Of a stretch of 13,551 nt of DNA, positions 7,260 to 13,551 are shown in pieces. Source of the DNA: Candidatus Sericytochromatia bacterium (GTDB lineage Bacteria; Cyanobacteriota; Sericytochromatia; S15B-MN24; JAQBPE01); NCBI GenBank assembly GCA_040400605.1, contig JBBAPZ010000011.1, positions 42,701-56,251 of the forward strand, written 5' to 3'. A program made the position numbers and the translations under genes. The notes under the pieces are model-generated. The model did not search any database and was not told where the DNA came from. It saw nothing but the letters and a program-made list of their open reading frames with translations. Position 1 is the first letter of the stretch. Each line of letters begins with the position of its first letter.

Positions 7260-8495
7260 GTGGGTTTGGATATTGTGTGTGTGTCGGTGATGGATTGGTT
7301 GCATCCGTTTGCGAGCAGTCGTCATCATTTGATGCGGGAGTTGGCGAAGCGTCATCGGATTTTGTTTGTCAACAATCAGGTCAATCCCGTGACTGCCTGG
7401 CGGGTGTTGTCACGGGAACGGCGAATGGCGAAGTGGCGTGCGTGGTTCGATCGCAGACGTTCACTGACACAGGTCGAGGCGGGTATCTGGGTGCTGGAGC
7501 CGCCACCGGTCATACCGATGGGGGGGCTCAACTCGGCCGATATTTTCGAGAAGGTTTATCGGGTGAATCAGTATTTTTTGCGGCAGGCGGTGCAAAGGGC
7601 TTGTGACGGTTTGGCCATGCGATCGCCCGTTTTGTGGATTTCTTTCAACGTGCTGTCATCGGAGTCACTGATTGGTGCCTTGAATGAATCGCTCGTCTTG
7701 TACCACTGCACCGATGCACTTGAGGCGATGCCTGGCACGTCACGCTTTGCTGTGTCCATTGAAGCGCGTATCTTGCGCGCGGTCGACCTGACCATCACCT
7801 CATCACGGGCGTTGCAGCAGGCCAAGTCACCTTTCACCAAGGCCTGCCATTGGGTGCCAAACGCAGCGGACACGAGACATTTCAATCAGGCAATGGACCC
7901 TGTCACGCCGATTCATCCAGCTCTCAACGGCTTGAATGGCCCCACACTCGGCTTTATGGGTCACCTTGAGGAACGTGTCGACTTTCAGTTGCTCGAAGCG
8001 ATCGCACAAACGCGACCGGATTGGCAACTGCTGCTTGCCGGTCCCGTCATCCCCCAACGTCAGGCTGCGCTCGCCCGATTGACCCGGCACCCCAACGTTT
8101 TTCATCTGGGACTGCTTGAGCGCTCCGCTTTGCCATCATTTTTAAAAGGCATCGACGTTGCGCTGATTCCCTTCGTTAAAAGCGCTCAAACCCGTGCTAT
8201 CTATCCGCTCAAACTGCACGAGTACCTCGCGGCAGGCAAGCCGGTTGTGATGACGGACTTTGCCGAATTGCCGGATTTAAGCCCCCACGCTGTTGTTGCT
8301 GATGACACGGCGGCATTCATTGCGGCGATCGCCCACGCGTTAACCCAAAACGCTCGCGAACACCGACTAGCCCGAGCCCACTTGGCTTCTAACCACGACT
8401 GGCAAGCACGTGCCCAAACGATCGAAACTCTCATTCATACCGGCATCTTGCACAGACAGCACGCTACCGCCACGTCCCCGGCCCTGTTAAAATAA
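7260..8495 (+). CDS. Glycosyltransferase, GT-B fold (GT4 / TuaH-like)
   Basis: DW...SRHHLMRELAK, LYHCTD, VPNAADTRHF, LGFMGHLEERVDF, DVALIPF, PLKLHEYLAAGKPVV, HDWQARA motifs. Confidence 0.92.
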   Translation: MGLDIVCVSVMDWLHPFASSRHHLMRELAKRHRILFVNNQVNPVTAWRVLSRERRMAKWRAWFDRRRSLTQVEAGIWVLEPPPVIPMGGLNSADIFEKVYRVNQYFLRQAVQRACDGLAMRSPVLWISFNVLSSESLIGALNESLVLYHCTDALEAMPGTSRFAVSIEARILRAVDLTITSSRALQQAKSPFTKACHWVPNAADTRHFNQAMDPVTPIHPALNGLNGPTLGFMGHLEERVDFQLLEAIAQTRPDWQLLLAGPVIPQRQAALARLTRHPNVFHLGLLERSALPSFLKGIDVALIPFVKSAQTRAIYPLKLHEYLAAGKPVVMTDFAELPDLSPHAVVADDTAAFIAAIAHALTQNAREHRLARAHLASNHDWQARAQTIETLIHTGILHRQHATATSPALLK

Positions 8496-8834
8496 AACGT
8501 GGGACACACAACCGCCCGTTTTGACGGATCAGGCCGCCACGTGAAGGCCTCAGACAAAGTCGTGACGGCAGCCAGGGGCCGGATTCCTTGAACATCGCTT
8601 CCTCGGAAACGAAGCCGTGCGTCAACGCAGGTGCTACCAACAAAACAGCCTGCCGGATGACCATCGCTCGCAGCAAGGACCAGTCGCGTCACTTGGCAGC
8701 CTTTCAAAGCAGGACATGCTCCCTTGAACGCTGACGAACGAAGACTGGCTCAAATATCCCTTATAGACACCCTTCTCAGGTCAGCCGTGGTTGTGGCGTC
8801 ATCATCCTGCTAACCAAGATTAAAGGAGTTTAGC

Positions 8835-9326
8835 GTGTCGAAGGAAGCAACATTTGATATCGTGAGCAAGGTGGACATGCAAGAAGCCACCAATGCGATT
8901 CATCAGGCCCAGAAAGAGATTGAACAACGCTTTGATCTCAAAGGCACCGGGGCTGATGTCCAACTCGAAAAAGAAATCATCGTCCTCAAAGCGCCGGATG
9001 ACATGAAGCTGAAAAACATTTTGGACATCGTGGAAAGCAAGTTGGTCAAGCGTAACATCTCGCTCAAGTCACTGGATTATGGCCGAATCGACTCCGCGCT
9101 GGGTGGTGCCGTCAAACAGAATGTGACGTTGAAACAGGGCATTTCCAAGGAGCATGCCAAAGCCATCACCGCGTTGATCAAAAACAGCAAAATGAAGGTG
9201 CAGTCTCAGGTCCAAGATGATCAAATTCGCGTATCCGCCAAAAGTCGTGACGATCTTCAAGCCATCATCAAATTATTGAAAGACGCCGAACTCGAGTTGG
9301 ATCTTCAATTCATTAACTACCGCTGA
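8835..9326 (+). CDS. yajQ: YajQ family nucleotide / cyclic-di-GMP-binding protein
   Basis: FDIVSKVDMQEATNA...RFDLKGT, KQGI, KVQSQVQDDQIRVSAKSRDDLQ, LQFINYR C-terminus. AAAGGAG RBS before GTG. Confidence 0.96.
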   Translation: MSKEATFDIVSKVDMQEATNAIHQAQKEIEQRFDLKGTGADVQLEKEIIVLKAPDDMKLKNILDIVESKLVKRNISLKSLDYGRIDSALGGAVKQNVTLKQGISKEHAKAITALIKNSKMKVQSQVQDDQIRVSAKSRDDLQAIIKLLKDAELELDLQFINYR

Positions 9327-9339
9327 ATCTCGACACAGC

Positions 9340-9370
9340 AGTGGGGGCACTGAAAGCCCCCACTCCTTTT
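9340..9370 (+). terminator. Intrinsic terminator after yajQ
   Basis: AGTGGGGGC-ACTGAAA-GCCCCCACT (9-bp perfect stem) followed by CCTTTT. Lies between convergent genes. Confidence 0.75.
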
Positions 9371-9444
9371 GATCACAGGTTGTACACGATACACCCCGAA
9401 AGCGCCGGTTCCAGGCGTCACGATGCATCAGGTGCGGTGATCGA

Positions 9445-10095
9445 TTAACGGTACTCGATGATGTCTGCCAATGGGTAGCGCACCTTGGGCAACGCAGCAT
9501 AAGCGTCTTGCTCGCTGCGGTAACCCACCGCGCAAACGACAGCACTCCGATACGGACTGTCGTTCAAGCTGAGGATGCGATCAAACTCAGCCGGCACGAA
9601 GCCTTCGATGGGACACGTATCCACACCAAGCAAAGCAGCGGCCGTCATCAAATTACCCATCGCGATGTAAACTTGATTGGCAGCCCAATCGCCAATTTTT
9701 TCGCGCCGTGGTCCGTTGATCAAGTCACCTTCCATCATGCTGCCGTAACCGGCCAAGGACTCAACTGACAGCCCCCGCTCGGCAGCAGTGGCATCCAGCA
9801 GTTTGGTGATGTCGGCTTTGGTGATTTCGCGTTTGGCCAGCAAGACCACCAAATGCGAGCAATCCGTAATCTGGGATTGATTCCAGGCATGGGGTCGCAA
9901 GGCGGCTTTCAATTCGGGTGACGTCACAACGACAAACTTCCACGGTTGCAGTCCATATGAAGAGGGCGTCAGTTGCAGCGCGCGTTCGAGGGTATTCCAA
10001 ACGGTGTCATCCAAGCGGCGTTGCGCGTCGAATGCTTTGGTTGCATATCGCCACTCCAGGGCGTCAATCAATTGGGGTCGGGTAGCAGTTGTCAT
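9445..10095 (-). CDS. NAD(P)H-dependent FMN nitroreductase (NfsB-like)
   Basis: WRYATKAFD, TPSSYGLQPWKFVVV, NQSQITDCSHLVV, QVYIAMGNLMTAAALLGVDTCPIEGF, VGYR..D...LPKVR. AAAAGGAG RBS. Confidence 0.94.
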   Translation of the reverse strand: MTTATRPQLIDALEWRYATKAFDAQRRLDDTVWNTLERALQLTPSSYGLQPWKFVVVTSPELKAALRPHAWNQSQITDCSHLVVLLAKREITKADITKLLDATAAERGLSVESLAGYGSMMEGDLINGPRREKIGDWAANQVYIAMGNLMTAAALLGVDTCPIEGFVPAEFDRILSLNDSPYRSAVVCAVGYRSEQDAYAALPKVRYPLADIIEYR

Positions 10096-10570
10096 GCGTT
10101 ACTCCTTTTGAGGTTGCCAAAAATCAATTGCTACGATTCGGCTGCTCAGCGATAACGGGGGTCGTGCCCATCAGCGTGGGAACCATCCCGCTTATAACGT
10201 CAGCCCAGTCGTATCCTTCAACCAGCCAGCATACAGCATGTCAGGCTGTTGCATAACACGTTCGAGCGTATCTGCCCTCGGAACTGACGGGAACGTGATT
10301 ACGCGCCGCATGGGATCGCGGCGATACGGTGAGGTATCGGTGTCTGTTCAAACATCGTGTAGCAAACGCAAAATATCAGATACTCACGCGCTTTCATTGA
10401 AAAACAGCCAAAACTCTGATTCGCACTCAACGCGTTTGAGCATGACTCAAAGGACGTCGGCGTTCTGTCAATTGACACGCCACGCACGTTCGAGCGCAAC
10501 CCCCTTTAATTGTGCGCCAGCTCCACAATCTGCACGGTGTCGGCTTTAAATGGCATTTGAGAGGGCGCTT

Positions 10571-10579
10571 TGCTAAAAT
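10571..10579 (+). promoter_or_regulatory. Extended -10 promoter (TGCTAAAAT) for the moxR-DUF58 operon
   Basis: TG-C-TAAAAT about 40 nt upstream of ATG 10617, with TGGCAT at 17-nt spacing. Supports 10617 as the start. Confidence 0.5.
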
Positions 10580-10616
10580 GATGCCGGGCGGTGCGAGTCA
10601 GGGGTGTAACACAGGC

Positions 10617-11606
10617 ATGGAAAATTCAATTCTGGATGCAAATGAACGGATCAGACTCGCTGCTGATGGCTTGGGTGAACTGCTTAACGAAGTCAGACAA
10701 GTGATCGTCGGCCAGAATCATCTGCTTGAGCGTTTGATGATTGCATTGTTGGCAGATGGGCATGTGTTGTTGGAGGGTGTGCCCGGGTTGGCCAAGACCT
10801 TGTCCATCAATACCCTTGCTGACACCTTGCAAGCGGAATTCAGTCGAATCCAGTTTACCCCTGATCTTTTGCCGGCGGATTTGCTGGGAACCAGTATCTT
10901 CGATGCCAAAAAAGGGCGATTCACGACCAAACGGGGCCCGGTTTTCGCGAATTTGCTTCTCGCAGATGAAATCAATCGTGCACCGGCCAAGGTTCAAAGT
11001 GCCTTGCTTGAAGCCATGCAGGAACGGCAGGTGACCATTGGTGGTGAGACGATGCCATTGCCTGAACCGTTCCTGGTTTTGGCGACGCAAAATCCCATTG
11101 AGCAGGAGGGAACGTACCCGTTGCCTGAGGCGCAGTTGGATCGCTTCATGTTGAAGGTTAAAGTGTCGTATCCCAGCAAGCAGGAAGAGTTGGAAATCAT
11201 TGAGCGCATGACTGCGGGTGTGAGACCGACGCCACGTAGAATCGGAACGCTTGCGATGATTGCTGACGCGCGACAGTTGATGTCAACTATTCATGTGGCG
11301 GACAAGATTAAGCGCTATGTGGTTGATCTCGTATTTGCGACTCGCCAACCCCGCGAATACGGACTGGGCGAACTCGTTGATCTCATCGCCTTCGGCGCGT
11401 CACCGCGCGCCAGCATCTACCTGACCGTGGCAGCCAAGGCCCATGCCTTCCTTAAAAAGCGCGCTTACGTCATGCCGGATGATGTCAAAGCCGTGGCCCC
11501 CGATGTGCTCCGGCATCGCGTGCTCATTTCGTACGAAGCCGAAGCGGAGGGCGTGACGATCGATGAGATCATCCGCAAAATCCTGCTCGGTGTGAAGGTC
11601 CCCTAA
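10617..11606 (+). CDS. moxR: MoxR family AAA+ ATPase
   Basis: Walker A GVPGLAKT, RIQFTPDLLPAD, Walker B LLADEINRAPAKVQSALLEAMQE, ATQNPIEQEGTYPLPEAQLDRF, GASPRA. Start revised to ATG 10617 (329 aa). Confidence 0.96.
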   Translation: MENSILDANERIRLAADGLGELLNEVRQVIVGQNHLLERLMIALLADGHVLLEGVPGLAKTLSINTLADTLQAEFSRIQFTPDLLPADLLGTSIFDAKKGRFTTKRGPVFANLLLADEINRAPAKVQSALLEAMQERQVTIGGETMPLPEPFLVLATQNPIEQEGTYPLPEAQLDRFMLKVKVSYPSKQEELEIIERMTAGVRPTPRRIGTLAMIADARQLMSTIHVADKIKRYVVDLVFATRQPREYGLGELVDLIAFGASPRASIYLTVAAKAHAFLKKRAYVMPDDVKAVAPDVLRHRVLISYEAEAEGVTIDEIIRKILLGVKVP

Positions 11607-11611
11607 GCGCT

Positions 11612-12550
11612 ATGTCGCTCCGTTCTTTTCTAAAACGACGGGCCCAAAATCAGCCCGCCCCCCCGTTGGACATCCATAAACGCATCCGACGGCTTGAGAT
11701 CAAAACACTGCGCCTGGTTCAAAACATTTTTGGCGGTGAGTACCAGAGCGTGTTCAAGGGACGCGGCATCGAGTTCGATGAGGTGCGCGAATACCAGGAA
11801 GGTGATGATCCCCGTCTCATCGACTGGAATGTCACCGCCCGAATGGATCGCCTCTTTGTTAAAAAGTTCGTTGAAGAACGTGAATTATCCGTTGTGTTAG
11901 CCGTTGACTTGTCCGCGAGTCTGTTTTTTGGTTCCCAGGCACAACTCAAACGCGAACTGGCAGCGGAAGTTGCGGCGGTGGTTGCCATGAGCGCGATGCG
12001 GCACCACGATCGCGTGGGTCTGTTGCTGTTTTCTGATCGAATTGAAAAGTTTATCAAACCATCCAAAGGACGCGGTCATGTCAACCGCCTCGTGCGCGAA
12101 ATCCTGGCCTTCAGGCCACTTGGCCGACAAACAGACCTCAGCGGTGCTTGCAATGCCTTGATGAACCTGTTGAAACAACGTAGCGTCATTTTTTTGCTGT
12201 CTGATTTTCAAGAACCAGCCATAGAGCGCAGCATGCGTCTGCTGTCTACGCGACATGACCTCATCCCCATGATGATTCACGACGTCCGGGAGGCGGTTTT
12301 GCCAAACGTCGGGCTCGTTCGCTTTCATGATCCCGAGTCAAACCAGACCGTGACCCTCGACACGGGCTCAGCAACGGTTCGCGCCAAGTACCTCAGCCAA
12401 CACAAACACTTGCGTGACGCGCAGCGACAGTGCTTTCGCACGCTGGGTCTGGACTTTCTCGAGCTTCAAACCGGGCAAAGTTTTATCCCTGCCTTGGTGC
12501 GCTTCTTCACATCACGCCAAACCCGACGCGCCAAACGACGGCCGGGGTAA
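11612..12550 (+). CDS. DUF58 domain (vWA-like) protein, MoxR partner
   Basis: FKGRGIEFDEVREYQEGDDPRLIDWNVTAR, VKKFVEERE, MIDAS-like DLSAS, DRVGL, LLSDF. Starts 5 nt after the moxR stop. Confidence 0.95.
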   Translation: MSLRSFLKRRAQNQPAPPLDIHKRIRRLEIKTLRLVQNIFGGEYQSVFKGRGIEFDEVREYQEGDDPRLIDWNVTARMDRLFVKKFVEERELSVVLAVDLSASLFFGSQAQLKRELAAEVAAVVAMSAMRHHDRVGLLLFSDRIEKFIKPSKGRGHVNRLVREILAFRPLGRQTDLSGACNALMNLLKQRSVIFLLSDFQEPAIERSMRLLSTRHDLIPMMIHDVREAVLPNVGLVRFHDPESNQTVTLDTGSATVRAKYLSQHKHLRDAQRQCFRTLGLDFLELQTGQSFIPALVRFFTSRQTRRAKRRPG

Positions 12551-12589
12551 GAAACGGATCACGCATTGCTGACGGGCAACGACCTGGTT

Positions 12590-12958
12590 TTAATTCCAAA
12601 ATGACAATCTGACACCTTCTGACCAGTTCTTGATGATAACTGGTGCGATGGCGCTCGGTACGAATAACAATGCCCCGAAAACCAATCCCGTAGCAGCCAT
12701 CACTGGGTCGAATGCATTAATGACGCCAGCCATGAAGGTTTTCCGCTCGGTTTGAACGGTTTTCACCGGTTCCCTTTGAGCATTAACGGCAGTGGCCGTG
12801 CCGATGGTTGCCGTGTCAACCCCCATCTCGCGGCTGGATGGGCGCAATCCTTCACGTTCTGCGATTTTCTCATCGCCCGGACTGTTTCTGCCGCCTTTAT
12901 CATCATTTGCAATCGACACCACCCGTGTTCTTGAATTTTTGATACCACATTCACTCAC
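12590..12958 (-). CDS. Possible small membrane-anchored hypothetical protein (start uncertain)
   Basis: Longest ORF in the gap, with a C-terminal hydrophobic segment VMAATGLVFGALLFVPSAIAPVII. No well-spaced RBS for the GTG, so an internal ATG (MGVDTAT...) is possible. Confidence 0.4.
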   Translation of the reverse strand: MSECGIKNSRTRVVSIANDDKGGRNSPGDEKIAEREGLRPSSREMGVDTATIGTATAVNAQREPVKTVQTERKTFMAGVINAFDPVMAATGLVFGALLFVPSAIAPVIIKNWSEGVRLSFWN

Positions 12959-13246
12959 TCCGTATTCAAGGTCGTTTTACTGTAAAACCTTTTCCAAAAT
13001 GCCCTTGAACCCGCCGTGGCCAAGATCGGTGTGTGGCGCCAGGAAACCTAGCTGTTGAGGATCAGAAAAATCACCAAGCGCCTCGACACCTTTCCTCCTT
13101 TTGAGCAGTGACACCTTCAAAGAGGTTCAAAACTTGTGGAGACAATGCAGTGTTCTCACGCCAGCCAAAGGTTTGACCGGCGATAATCCCTCTAGCTGTT
13201 TGATGCTGTCAGCCAACGCGGTAGCCGCTCACTCAGGACCAGTTTG

Positions 13247-13551
13247 CTAGCGTGAAAAACTGTTAATCAACGAAGCGATGCTGCCCGCGGAGTATCCAAT
13301 TGCATTCACCGTGTTGTTCACTTGTGCGTTCATTTGGGCCTGCTGCATTTGAGCCTCGTACAACTGTTGCTGGAATGTTCCCAAGACCGGGTCGCTGTAC
13401 CCCATCCCATAGCCTGACGGGTAACCACCGTAACCAAAGCTTGAGGGGTAACCACCGTTACCATAACCGGTCGTATAGCCAGTGTTGCCGTAGCCTGGGA
13501 CGCCATAGCCCGTGGTATAGCCAGTGTTGCCGTAGCCTGGGACGCCATAGC
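13247..13551 (-). CDS. 3' end (partial) of a Gly/Tyr-rich low-complexity repeat protein
   Basis: Frame beginning at 13549 is open for 100 codons to TAG at 13247: YGVPGYGNTGYTTGYGVPGYGNTGYTTGYGNGGYPSSFGYGGYPSGYGMGYSDPVLGTFQQQLYEAQMQQAQMNAQVNNTVNAIGYSAGSIASLINSFSR. Differences between repeat copies (ACC ACG GGC vs ACG ACC GGT) are synonymous in this frame. Confidence 0.85.
   Translation of the reverse strand, partial: YGVPGYGNTGYTTGYGVPGYGNTGYTTGYGNGGYPSSFGYGGYPSGYGMGYSDPVLGTFQQQLYEAQMQQAQMNAQVNNTVNAIGYSAGSIASLINSFSR
13473..13551. repeat. 42-bp period coding tandem repeat (at least 2 copies, runs off the window)
   Basis: GTATAGCCAGTGTTGCCGTAGCCTGGGACGCCATAGC occurs identically at 13473-13509 and 13515-13551. 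Confidence 0.95.

Larger units (their letters stand above)
8..8332. repeat. Dispersed HIP1 palindrome GCGATCGC, 8 copies
   Basis: Exact copies start at 8, 1482, 1825, 3410, 5590, 7619, 7998 and 8325. Confidence 0.85.

Noticed and set aside
10512..10616. N-terminal extensions given by the ORF track for moxR (likewise nadE 5907-5990 and the transporter 2768-2881)
   Set aside because: Family-like sequence begins at the downstream starts, which fit RBS and promoter positions better.
13330..13548. Listed 72-aa ORF MASQATATLAIPRA...
   Set aside because: It is an alternative frame of the Gly/Tyr repeat gene. Repeat-copy substitutions are non-synonymous here but synonymous in the longer frame ending at 13247.
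13473..13551. 37-bp identical repeats as a possible CRISPR array
   Set aside because: Only 5 nt separate the copies, the period is a multiple of 3 within an ORF, and no cas genes are visible.

Overview
A GC-rich (roughly 55-60% by eye) bacterial chromosomal segment of mostly housekeeping and envelope genes. In order: the 5' end of a probable methylmalonyl-CoA mutase-family gene (off the left edge), a stand-alone 92-aa orphan, a GalE-like epimerase, an ArnE/F-like small transporter, two hypothetical proteins, glutamine-dependent NadE, a rhodanese lipoprotein, a GT4-type glycosyltransferase, yajQ, an NfsB-like nitroreductase, a MoxR AAA+/DUF58 pair, a doubtful membrane ORF, and the 3' end of a Gly/Tyr-rich repeat protein whose real frame is missing from the ORF track. 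I found no mobile element, CRISPR array, tRNA/rRNA or recognisable defence system. The most notable signals are: (1) eight exact copies of the cyanobacterial HIP1 palindrome GCGATCGC in a window with no photosynthesis genes, possibly from a non-photosynthetic cyanobacterial relative (inference); (2) a 5'-to-3' G/T-to-C/A gradient inside genes; (3) a prion-like/elastin-like GYG-repeat protein; (4) recurring TTAA-based upstream motifs. No complete new multi-gene system can be supported from this window alone.
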